This document shows, one piece after another, positions 56,138 to 64,000 of a stretch of DNA of 64,000 nt. A program made the translations under genes and the position numbers. The notes below the pieces were generated by a model. The model did no database searches. It was not told the DNA's origin and was given only the letters and a program-made list of their open reading frames with translations. The DNA comes from an uncultured Nitrospirales bacterium (GTDB lineage: Bacteria; Hydrogenedentota; Hydrogenedentia; Hydrogenedentales; CAILVY01), in NCBI GenBank assembly GCA_964474205.1, contig CAYYRW010000006.1:143772-207771 (forward strand). The letters run 5' to 3'. Each line of letters opens with the position of its first letter. The first letter of the stretch is position 1.

Positions 56138-57118
56138 ATGCGCACGCAGGATTTTCATGAGTTGGCGAAGGTAAGCGACCGGTTGACGTATTTGTATGTG
56201 GAACATGCGAAGATCGAGCAGGAAGCGAAGGCGATTGCGGTGCATGACGCGGCGGGGATGACGCCGGTGCCGTGCGCGACATTGGCATTGTTGATGTTGG
56301 GGCCGGGAACCTCGATTACGCACGCGGCGGTGTTGGCGCTGGCGGACAACGGGTGTCTTGTGGTGTGGTGCGGGGAACAGGGGGTTCGATTCTATGCTTC
56401 GGGTCAGGGCATTACGCGGAATGCGCGAAATTTGATGCGTCAGGCGGCATTGAGTTCTCGCAAGAGCACGCGGCTGCAGGTGGTGCGCCGATTGTATGAA
56501 ATGCGGTTTGAGGAAGAACTCGACCCGGAATTGACCTTGGAACAGATTCGCGGGATGGAGGGTGTGCGGGTTCGGGATACCTATGCACGGTTGAGCCGGG
56601 AAACGCAGGTACCTTGGTCGGGGCGAAGTTATAAGCGGGATGATTGGAAGCACGCGGACCCGATTAACCGGGCGCTTTCGACGGCCAACGCATGTTTGTA
56701 CGGGGTGTGTCACGCCGCGATTGTGGCGGCGGGGTATTCGCCGGGGCTGGGTTTCGTTCATATCGGAAAGCAGCTTTCGTTCGTGTATGACGTGGCGGAT
56801 TTATACAAAGTGGAGACCACGGTGCCCGCGGCATTTCACGCGGTGGGGGAGGGGGTGGGCTATCTTGAAACGAACGTGCGCAAACGCTGCCGGGATATGT
56901 TTGCGAATGAACATCTGCTATCGCGGATTGTGGAGGATATCGGGTATGCGTTGAACGTTCCGGAAGCGGTGGACGATGCCGCCGAGGTGGATTTCGACGC
57001 GGATGCGGCGCATCCCGGGGCATTGTGGGACCCCGAACGGGGTGAAACCGCCGGGGGCGTGAGTTACGGGTCAGAGGCTTCAACCGGGGAGATTTCCAAT
57101 GACGGTGATGATTCTTGA
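56138..57118 (+). CDS. cas1: Cas1e integrase with acidic C-terminal tail
   Basis: It is collinear with E. coli YgbT: ...GPGTSITHAAVLALADNGCLVVWCGEQGVRFYASG...VHIGKQLSFVYDVADLYK... A ~45-aa D/E-rich tail is present. The track start at 56108 is less likely than 56138. Confidence 0.95.
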   Translation: MRTQDFHELAKVSDRLTYLYVEHAKIEQEAKAIAVHDAAGMTPVPCATLALLMLGPGTSITHAAVLALADNGCLVVWCGEQGVRFYASGQGITRNARNLMRQAALSSRKSTRLQVVRRLYEMRFEEELDPELTLEQIRGMEGVRVRDTYARLSRETQVPWSGRSYKRDDWKHADPINRALSTANACLYGVCHAAIVAAGYSPGLGFVHIGKQLSFVYDVADLYKVETTVPAAFHAVGEGVGYLETNVRKRCRDMFANEHLLSRIVEDIGYALNVPEAVDDAAEVDFDADAAHPGALWDPERGETAGGVSYGSEASTGEISNDGDDS

Positions 57119-57371
57119 ACGGGTTTCGCCTTCACTGCGGGGGGAACTCACCCGCTGGATGCTGGAACCGAAAGCAGGGGTGTTTGTGGGAACGATTTCC
57201 GCGTTGGTGCGGGAAAAACTGTGGCTTAAAGTATGTAGCAGCGTAGGCGATGGCGCCTGCATGATCCTGTGGCGGACCAATACGGAACAAGGCTTCAAAA
57301 TTGACTTCTGGGGCAATACCTCCCGGCATGTGCATGACTGGGAGGGACTTCAACTCATTACTCGTGTATAA
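57099..57371 (+). CDS. cas2: Cas2e
   Basis: MTVMILERVSPSLRGELTRWMLEPKAGVFVGTISALVREKLW...WRTNTEQGFKIDFWGNT is collinear with E. coli YgbF. It overlaps the cas1 3' end. Confidence 0.9.
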   Translation: MTVMILERVSPSLRGELTRWMLEPKAGVFVGTISALVREKLWLKVCSSVGDGACMILWRTNTEQGFKIDFWGNTSRHVHDWEGLQLITRV

Positions 57372-57390
57372 TTACCAATGAAATCAATGT

Positions 57391-59919
57391 GTTTTCCCCA
57401 CGCGTGTGGGGATGAACCGGTGAAACAGAGGGTTCTGGTGGTGGTGGAATAGTTTTCCCCACGCGTGTGGGGATGAACCGAGAGACAAACGCATACGCCG
57501 CCGCCAGCGGGAGTTTTCCCCACGCGTGTGGGGATGAACCGACGCCACCGCAATTCACAAAAAAAGTCTCCCTGTTTTCCCCACGCGTGTGGGGATGAAC
57601 CGCCGATGAAGAGAACACGGATTGCATAGATTACGTTTTCCCCACGCGTGTGGGGATGAACCGTAATAATCCTCACCCAGGCTGTTTTGTTTCACGTTTT
57701 CCCCACGCGTGTGGGGATGAACCGGCACGGCCACGGCGGGGGACGACGGCACGGCCGTTTTCCCCACGCGTGTGGGGATGAACCGACACCGAAGAACCTC
57801 CCTTCGAGCCTGAGCCAGTTTTCCCCACGCGTGTGGGGATGAACCGAAATACGGAAAGGAAGACACTCGCGGCTATGGGTTTTCCCCACGCGTGTGGGGA
57901 TGAACCGACCGTGATTCCGCGAAAGAGTGGATCATAAACGTTTTCCCCACGCGTGTGGGGATGAACCGCAAACCGCTTTCCGATGCCGTGAACAAGTTCC
58001 GTTTTCCCCACGCGTGTGGGGATGAACCGAAAAAAACCCTTACATTATATATAATTGTGCAGTTTTCCCCACGCGTGTGGGGATGAACCGATGCTGGCGA
58101 TTGAGGCTACCCGGAAGCTGGTGTTTTCCCCACGCGTGTGGGGATGAACCGAACTTCTTTCCCCACAAATGAACCCCGAAACCGTTTTCCCCACGCGTGT
58201 GGGGATGAACCGCATTTTGCGAAAAAACTACAGGAGAGCTAACCGTTTTCCCCACGCGTGTGGGGATGAACCGTAGTACCACGCGCAATATCAAGGGATA
58301 AAGCGTTTTCCCCACGCGTGTGGGGATGAACCGACGTTGATATTTCCGCCGCCTACTATGCCGCCGTTTTCCCCACGCGTGTGGGGATGAACCGACGGCC
58401 CACCGCTGGAATATGTACTCCAGGTAGTTTTCCCCACGCGTGTGGGGATGAACCGACATGTTTACGGCTGCACATCATATACCGCAAGTTTTCCCCACGC
58501 GTGTGGGGATGAACCGGCAATGTGGCATACGGCGCAGGCGATACTTGAGTTTTCCCCACGCGTGTGGGGATGAACCGAAATGGATGGCGGCGCCGGGGCG
58601 GTATCGGGGGTTTTCCCCACGCGTGTGGGGATGAACCGCAACAAGTGCAGTGCAATCATCGCCGCGTTCGGTTTTCCCCACGCGTGTGGGGATGAACCGA
58701 CTACCCCTGTACGGTATACCTCACTCATCACGTTTTCCCCACGCGTGTGGGGATGAACCGGCTAATCCCCGAACTGCTCCGTGAGTGGTGGCGTTTTCCC
58801 CACGCGTGTGGGGATGAACCGACGGCGCGATCTGGAACTGAGTCAGCCGAAGAGTTTTCCCCACGCGTGTGGGGATGAACCGTAAAAATTACCACAGCAT
58901 GCACAATTATATATGTTTTCCCCACGCGTGTGGGGATGAACCGACGCTTACCTGAAAAATGTGCACACATGGGCGGTTTTCCCCACGCGTGTGGGGATGA
59001 ACCGGAACTACATAAGGTTTTAATACCACCACTCCAGTTTTCCCCACGCGTGTGGGGATGAACCGTGTCTTGCGTTTACGCGCGGCGTATTTGTCCAGTT
59101 TTCCCCACGCGTGTGGGGATGAACCGTCCAGCAATGCCGTTGCCCTTGGCGGTGCCGGGTTTTCCCCACGCGTGTGGGGATGAACCGCGCGGCTGTAGCG
59201 GATGCGGAACAAGCCAGTTGTTTTCCCCACGCGTGTGGGGATGAACCGAATCAGTACTGGAACGGTCACTTGCTATGGAGGTTTTCCCCACGCGTGTGGG
59301 GATGAACCGATAAATCCTGTTTATGAGGTAGATACTCCGGAGTTTTCCCCACGCGTGTGGGGATGAACCGTGATGGTTGTGAATGGCGGCGGTGTTCTAT
59401 CCGTTTTCCCCACGCGTGTGGGGATGAACCGGCACCGCAACGGCGGGGAACAGAGGCACCGCAGTTTTCCCCACGCGTGTGGGGATGAACCGTCTACCTG
59501 AAAAGCATAGGGGCCACAACATGAGTTTTCCCCACGCGTGTGGGGATGAACCGGAGCGAGACAATGAGAACGAAATACCAGATGAGTTTTCCCCACGCGT
59601 GTGGGGATGAACCGACTGATTACAGCATATACACAAAAACGACAATGTTTTCCCCACGCGTGTGGGGATGAACCGTGAATAAAATCTCTCATGTCTCACC
59701 TATCGTAGTTTTCCCCACGCGTGTGGGGATGAACCGAAACCGTGCCCGTGGAGCCTTGGGGGATTGTGGTTTTCCCCACGCGTGTGGGGATGAACCGTTG
59801 AGTGATTATTATACTATAATAAGAAGAACGTTTTCCCCACGCGTGTGGGGATGAACCGGAGGACCTTGAGCAGGATGCTCAAGCCACGATGTTTTTCCCG
59901 TACGCGGCAGGGGGAAAGG
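57391..59919 (+). CRISPR. Type I-E CRISPR array: 41 canonical 29-nt repeats GTTTTCCCCACGCGTGTGGGGATGAACCG, 32-nt spacers (one 31-nt), plus one degenerate terminal repeat
   Basis: Repeat starts fall at 57391+61k (k=0..14), then 58305+61k (k=0..25); the last canonical repeat is 59830-59858. The repeat is collinear with the E. coli I-E repeat (GxGTTCCCCGCGCCAGCGGGGATAAACCG) and has the same palindromic core. All spacers are unique. A degenerate repeat lies at 59891-59919 (gtttttcccgtacgcggcagggggaaagg). Confidence 0.97.
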
Positions 59920-60175
59920 ACGGAATTTGCCACAAGAGAGCCCAAAGAGCACAGAGTGTTTACCGTGCCTGGGGGGGGAGAACGGAATTTACCACAAGAG
60001 AGCCCAAAGAGCACAGAGTGTTTGCCGTGCTGGGGAGGAAAGAACGGAGCTTGCCACAAGAGAGCACAAAACGCGCAGAGTGTTTCCCGTGCTGGGGGGG
60101 AAGAACGGAGCTTGCCACAAGAGAGCACAAAGCGCACAGAGTGTTTGCCGTGCCGGGGGAGGGAGGGGGCAGTCC
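59891..60175 (+). repeat. Decayed CRISPR trailer: five ~61-nt units of degenerate repeat plus near-identical pseudo-spacers
   Basis: Units start at 59891, 59958, 60020, 60082 and 60143. The repeat part (gtttgccgtgctgggggggaagaacgg) is a mutated form of the canonical repeat. The spacer parts are pairwise near-identical (aatttgccacaagagagcccaaagagcacagagt x2, agcttgccacaagagagcacaaa(a/g)cgc(g/a)cagagt x2). Confidence 0.7.
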
Positions 60176-60377
60176 ATAATGTAATGTAGGGATTAAGCAG
60201 TGGTACTTGAAAAAGCGGCTGCAAGCGGGCGCAGTCCAAAGTATATGGAGAAGGTGGCTTCTAGGGGCTGCATTTATTACAATGCACAGATTCTTTGACT
60301 TTGTCTTTAATATCAATTATATATAGAATTTATTGAAATTATGCGTGTATGGGTTGGGAATTCCTGGAATAAATTTC

Positions 60378-60426
60378 TTGACTTCTTGTTGTGCGGGTGC
60401 TATTCTTTTTGTGAAATCCTTAACAG
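60378..60426 (+). promoter_or_regulatory. Candidate sigma70 promoter with overlapping Rex operator upstream of rex
   Basis: TTGACT (60378-60383), 17 nt, TATTCT (60401-60406), then TTGTGAAATCCTTAACAG (60409-60426). The Rex box consensus is TTGTGAAnnnnTTCACAA; the left half matches 7/7, the right 5/7. Confidence 0.45.
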
Positions 60427-60448
60427 CGTTAAAAAAGTATCAGTTATT

Positions 60449-61126
60449 ATGCCGGATAAAGTGACACAAAGCCCATCGGAAAAAACCGTAGAACGGTTGA
60501 GTTTGTATCGCTACCTACTGTACGGTATACTGGCGGAAGGTGAGAGAAATGTGTTTTCTCATGCGCTGGCGGGGATGGCGGCGGTGAGCAGTGCTCAAGT
60601 GCGTCAGGACTTGATGGTGCTTGGGTACAGTGGCAGTCCGAATCAGGGTTATGAAGTGGGTAAGTTGATCGCGAGCATTACGGAGTTTTTGGATGATGCG
60701 CATGGGCGCAACATTGCGCTGGTGGGCATTGGTAACTTGGGGCGGGCGATCTTGTCGAATTTTTCGGGCCATCATTCGCGGCTGCAGATCGTGGCGGCGT
60801 TCGATATCAATTGGCAGGTGGTGAACCGGCTGGTGCATGGATGCTGGTGTTATCCGATGGAGAAGCTGGGTTCGGTGATCCGGGAGCAGGACATTTCGCT
60901 GGGGATTGTCACGGTGCCTCCTTCGGCGGCGCAGGTGGTGGCGGATCAGTTGTGCGAACATGGCGTGCGGGGCCTGTTGAATTTCGCCCCGGTGCGCTTG
61001 CGGGTTTCGGAAGATGTGTATGTGAGCAATCTCAACATAACGGTTGCTTTGGAAAAGGTGGCTTATTTTGCCCATCACGCCCCGGTGAGGGTGGAGACGC
61101 CGTCAAGAGAGGAAGCAAAGGTATGA
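60449..61126 (+). CDS. rex: Redox-sensing transcriptional repressor Rex
   Basis: ERLSLYRYLLYGILAEGERNVFSHALAGMAAVSSAQVRQDLMVLGYSGSPNQGYEVGKLI is a winged-helix N-terminus. IALVGIGNLGRAIL is the Rossmann NADH site. The start at 60449 is used; the track's 60341 start contains the promoter/operator. Confidence 0.85.
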   Translation: MPDKVTQSPSEKTVERLSLYRYLLYGILAEGERNVFSHALAGMAAVSSAQVRQDLMVLGYSGSPNQGYEVGKLIASITEFLDDAHGRNIALVGIGNLGRAILSNFSGHHSRLQIVAAFDINWQVVNRLVHGCWCYPMEKLGSVIREQDISLGIVTVPPSAAQVVADQLCEHGVRGLLNFAPVRLRVSEDVYVSNLNITVALEKVAYFAHHAPVRVETPSREEAKV

Positions 61127-61611
61127 CAACGGAAACGATGGTGGAATCGGACATTAACGCAATTCTGGAGAATTATCCGGACGCGAAGCGGGACGCGCTG
61201 ATCCCCCTGCTCCAGGAGGTGCAGGAGAAGGTTGGCTATCTGTCGCGCGAGGCGGTGGTCAAGATCGGGGAACACCTGAACTTGCCCGCCAGCAAGATTT
61301 ACGGGGTGGCGACCTTCTACAACCAGTTCCGGTTTAAGCCCCTGGGCAAGTATCACGTGCAGGTGTGCCGCGGGACCGCGTGCCACGTGAAGGGCTCGAT
61401 TGACGTGCTGTCGGCGGTGAAGCAGGCGCTGAATGTGGAGCCAGGCGACACGACGCGGGACGGCATCTTCAGCCTGGAAGTGGTGGCGTGCCTGGGCGCG
61501 TGCGGTCTGGCGCCGGTGATTACGGTGAATGGCGAATTCTTTGCGGGGATGAGCCCCTCCAAAGTGGAAAAGATTATCCGGGACATCCGAAAAGAGGCAG
61601 GTGTAAAATGA
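61123..61611 (+). CDS. NuoE-like thioredoxin-fold [2Fe-2S] subunit (HndA/HydC-type diaphorase small subunit)
   Basis: Four Cys are arranged as in NuoE/HoxE: CRGTACHVKG...CLGACGLAP. It overlaps the rex stop by 4 nt. Confidence 0.85.
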   Translation: MTTETMVESDINAILENYPDAKRDALIPLLQEVQEKVGYLSREAVVKIGEHLNLPASKIYGVATFYNQFRFKPLGKYHVQVCRGTACHVKGSIDVLSAVKQALNVEPGDTTRDGIFSLEVVACLGACGLAPVITVNGEFFAGMSPSKVEKIIRDIRKEAGVK

Positions 61612-63623
61612 GTACTACAAAAACGACGGCAGGATGTGCATGTGGATGCGGCGCGAACGACGTGTGCGGTGAATTTGTCGCCGCGCTGACCGGGGCCGCG
61701 GCTCCGTCTTTGACGGAAAAACAGGCGGTGTTGCGGCGCGAGGACGTGGCAAAACCCGTCATCTTCATCGGCGCGGGCACCTGCGGCCTGGGCGCGGGCG
61801 CGAAGAAAACCATCGCGGCCATCAAGAAATACCTGGACGAAAAATCGTTCGATGCGGACGTGGTGGAAGTGGGCTGCATCGGCATGTGTTCCGCGGAACC
61901 GCTGATGGACGTGCAGTTGCCGGGCAAGGCCCGCATTTCGTTCCAGCATGTCAGCGGGGACAAAGTGGCGAAGGTGCTGGACGGCGTGCTGGCGGGAAAC
62001 CTGCCGAAGGACATGGTCCTGGGGCAGTTCCGCTCGGCGAAATTACAGATGTGGCCGGACGTGCCGTGCATGGATGAGCATCCCTTCTTTGCGAAGCAGA
62101 CCCGCTGGGTGCTGGCGCAGTGCGGCATCACGGATCCGCTGAGCCTGGCGGAATACCTGGCCTTTGACGGCTACAAGGCCATGGCGAACGTGCTTAAAAT
62201 GAATCCGGACGGGGTCTGCGATGAAATGGAGAAAAGCGGTCTCCGGGGCCGTGGGGGCGGCGGGTTCCCGACCGGCAAGAAGTGGAAATTCGCCCGCGCC
62301 CAGCAGAATGAGCAGAAATACCTGATCTGCAACGCGGACGAAGGCGATCCCGGCGCGTTCATGGACCGGGCGGTCATCGAGAGCGTGCCCTACCGCCTGC
62401 TCGAAGGCATGGTCATCGCGGCATACGCCATTGGCGCATCGAAAGCCTATGTGTACATCCGCGCGGAATACCCGCTGGCGATTGAACGGCTCAAAGTGGC
62501 CATCGCCGAAGCCACCCAATACGGCCTGCTGGGCGACAATATCCTGGGCTCCGGTTTCAGCCTCAAGATCATCATCAAGATGGGCGCCGGCGCGTTTGTG
62601 TGCGGCGAAGAAACGGCCCTCATCCATAGCATCGAAGGCCGGCGCGGAATGCCCCGGCCCCGTCCGCCGTTCCCCGCCGTCAAGGGCCTGTTCGGCAAGC
62701 CCACTATCATTAACAACGTGGAAACACTGGCGAATGTGCCGCCCATCATGCTGGCGGGCGCGGACAAATACGCGGCCCTCGGCACCAAGGGCAGCAAGGG
62801 CACCAAGGTGTTCGCGCTCTCCGGGAAAGTGAACCGCACGGGCCTGGTCGAAGTGGCCATGGGCATGCCCATCAGCACCATCATCTACGACATCGGCGGC
62901 GGCATCCCGAACGGCAAGGAATTCAAGGCCGTTCAGATGGGCGGGCCGTCCGGCGGCTGCATCCCCTTGCAGCATGTCGATATCGAAGTGGATTATGAAT
63001 CGCTGAAGACGGTCGGCGCGATCATGGGCTCCGGCGGCATGGTGGTCATGGACGAAGACAACTGCATGGTGGACGTGGCCAAGTTCTTCATGGACTTCAT
63101 CCAGCGGGAAAGCTGCGGAAAATGCATCCCCTGCCGGGAAGGCACGCGCCGCATGCTGGAAATCTTGCAGCGCGCCACCCGCGGCCGCCGCAATGAGAGC
63201 GGCAACGATGCCCTCGAACGCTTCCGCGGCATGGTGTATCTCGAACGCCTGGCCACGGTCATCAAAGACACCAGCCTGTGCGGTCTGGGCCAGACCGCGC
63301 CCAATCCGGTGCTCAGCACCCTGCGCTGGTTCCGGGATGAATACGAAGCGCACATCTATGAACGGCGCTGCCCGGCGGGCGTGTGCCAGGAGTTGCGCAC
63401 CTTCGAGATTAACCAGGAATTCTGCAAGGGCTGCGGCCTGTGCCTGAAACGGTGCCCGGCCGGCGCCATCGTGGGCGAACTCAAGAAGGCCCACTATATC
63501 ATCGCGGACAAGTGCATTGGCTGCGGCTCGTGCGTGGATGTATGCAAATCCGGCGCGGTCCAGCTCGTGGAAATGGCAGAAGAAATGAACACGGCGGATG
63601 CCGCCGCACAACCCGTGTCCTAA
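61608..63623 (+). CDS. NuoF-like NAD(P)H-binding FMN/[4Fe-4S] flavoprotein subunit with N-terminal 2Fe-2S and C-terminal 2x[4Fe-4S] ferredoxin domains (HndC/HydB-type)
   Basis: GRGGGGFPTGKKW (FMN/NADH site), ESCGKCIPCREG (N3 cluster) and C-terminal CKGCGLCLKRCP...CIGCGSCVDVC are present. The start at 61608 overlaps the NuoE-like stop. Confidence 0.9.
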   Translation: MSTTKTTAGCACGCGANDVCGEFVAALTGAAAPSLTEKQAVLRREDVAKPVIFIGAGTCGLGAGAKKTIAAIKKYLDEKSFDADVVEVGCIGMCSAEPLMDVQLPGKARISFQHVSGDKVAKVLDGVLAGNLPKDMVLGQFRSAKLQMWPDVPCMDEHPFFAKQTRWVLAQCGITDPLSLAEYLAFDGYKAMANVLKMNPDGVCDEMEKSGLRGRGGGGFPTGKKWKFARAQQNEQKYLICNADEGDPGAFMDRAVIESVPYRLLEGMVIAAYAIGASKAYVYIRAEYPLAIERLKVAIAEATQYGLLGDNILGSGFSLKIIIKMGAGAFVCGEETALIHSIEGRRGMPRPRPPFPAVKGLFGKPTIINNVETLANVPPIMLAGADKYAALGTKGSKGTKVFALSGKVNRTGLVEVAMGMPISTIIYDIGGGIPNGKEFKAVQMGGPSGGCIPLQHVDIEVDYESLKTVGAIMGSGGMVVMDEDNCMVDVAKFFMDFIQRESCGKCIPCREGTRRMLEILQRATRGRRNESGNDALERFRGMVYLERLATVIKDTSLCGLGQTAPNPVLSTLRWFRDEYEAHIYERRCPAGVCQELRTFEINQEFCKGCGLCLKRCPAGAIVGELKKAHYIIADKCIGCGSCVDVCKSGAVQLVEMAEEMNTADAAAQPVS

Positions 63624-63642
63624 GGTTGAGGAGAACATCGTC

Positions 63643-64000
63643 ATGCTGAACATTGAAATTAACGGAAAACCCTTCGAAGCGAAAGAGGGCGAGACGATTC
63701 TCGAAGCCGTGCGCCGCGCGGGAGTGGAAGTGCCGACACTGTGCTATCTCGAAGGTCTCGCACCCACCGGCGCCTGCCGCATCTGCGTCGTCGAGGTCGA
63801 GGGCATGCCCAGCCTCGTCCCGAGCTGCTCGTATCCGGTGGGCAACAACATGAAAATCCACACCCATTCCCCGCGCGCCATCCGCGCCCGGAAAACCATT
63901 GTGGAATTGCTGCTCGCGGACCATCCCGATGACTGCCTGTACTGCGTGCGCAACGGCCAATGCGACCTCCAGTCGCTCGCGGCCAATCTCGGCATCCGCG
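63643..64000 (+). CDS. N-terminus of hydrogenase/NuoG-like catalytic or Fe-S subunit (2Fe-2S ferredoxin domain; HydA/HndD-type), truncated by the window edge
   Basis: MLNIEINGKPFEAKEGETILEAVRRAGVEVPTLCYLEGLAPTGACRICVVEVEG...HPDDCLYCVRNGQCDLQ. GAGGAG lies 8 nt upstream. Confidence 0.75.
   Translation, partial: MLNIEINGKPFEAKEGETILEAVRRAGVEVPTLCYLEGLAPTGACRICVVEVEGMPSLVPSCSYPVGNNMKIHTHSPRAIRARKTIVELLLADHPDDCLYCVRNGQCDLQSLAANLGIR

Noticed and set aside
57350-59700. About twenty 60-140-aa minus-strand ORFs full of recurring FIPTRVGKT / VHPHTRGEN / GSSPHAWGK peptides
   Set aside because: These are translations of the 29-nt CRISPR repeat in three frames. They are an array artefact, not genes.
59845-60316. 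Short ORFs (85-118 aa) with repeated HKRAQRAQSV / PQESPKSTECLPC text, and the idea of a second independent CRISPR array here
   Set aside because: They are translations of the decayed trailer units. The 'spacers' are near-identical to one another, so this is duplicated trailer, not a functional second array.
60281-60340. 12-nt match (caattatatata) between the AT-rich region downstream of the array and the protospacer reconstructed from spacers at 58030 and 58883 (possible self-target or alternative leader)
   Set aside because: It is a single 12-mer in low-complexity AT-rich sequence. The rest of the two spacers does not match the region, so this is most likely chance. Array polarity (degenerate repeats at this end) also argues against a leader here.
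62043-63653. 536-aa minus-strand ORF
   Set aside because: Antisense to the NuoF-like gene, whose plus-strand product has complete FMN/NADH and Fe-S motifs.

Overview
This is a 64-kb, roughly 60% GC segment from a didermal (Gram-negative-type) bacterium. The lineage cannot be assigned from sequence alone (the FadL-family, TolC-like and LptFG genes argue for an outer membrane), and no rRNA or tRNA is present. Most long ORFs in the six-frame track are high-GC antisense artefacts and are treated that way.

**Left block (1-15.3 kb, all minus strand).** A FadL-family outer-membrane channel is followed by a TPR/Ig lipoprotein and a Hanks Ser/Thr kinase that share a CsgG/LpoB-like periplasmic module. 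Next comes a roughly 2,800-aa secreted mosaic protein: beta-helix, BNR propeller, two tandem FGE-sulfatase domains, a clan-CD peptidase, dockerin, cohesin and an acidic tandem-repeat tail. A small two-cohesin membrane anchor sits beside it.

**Middle.** This part holds a small peptide gene, a 150-nt hairpin element with a second copy at 43.4 kb, and three SGNH/GDSL hydrolases. Also here are a mitochondrial-type aconitase, a PlsC-like acyltransferase fused to an alpha/beta hydrolase, PilZ, a metallophosphoesterase, a TetR-TolC-MFP-RND efflux operon and a HigB/HigA toxin-antitoxin pair. It continues with a C45 peptidase and a 1,868-aa LRR/InlB-B-repeat/PASTA surface protein that ends in twin dockerin-like motifs. 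An MBOAT gene with its partner and LptF/LptG complete the block.

**Right block.** A complete type I-E CRISPR-Cas locus runs cas3-cse1-cse2-cas7e-cas5e-cas6e-cas1-cas2. Its array has 41 canonical 29-nt repeats and a decayed, duplicated trailer. After it comes a Rex repressor gene and the start of a NuoE/NuoF/HydA-type hydrogenase operon.

The best candidates for an undescribed system are the cohesin/dockerin-based surface assembly (5.9-15.3 kb plus 37.6-43.3 kb) and the kinase/CsgG-like/FadL module (1-5.8 kb).
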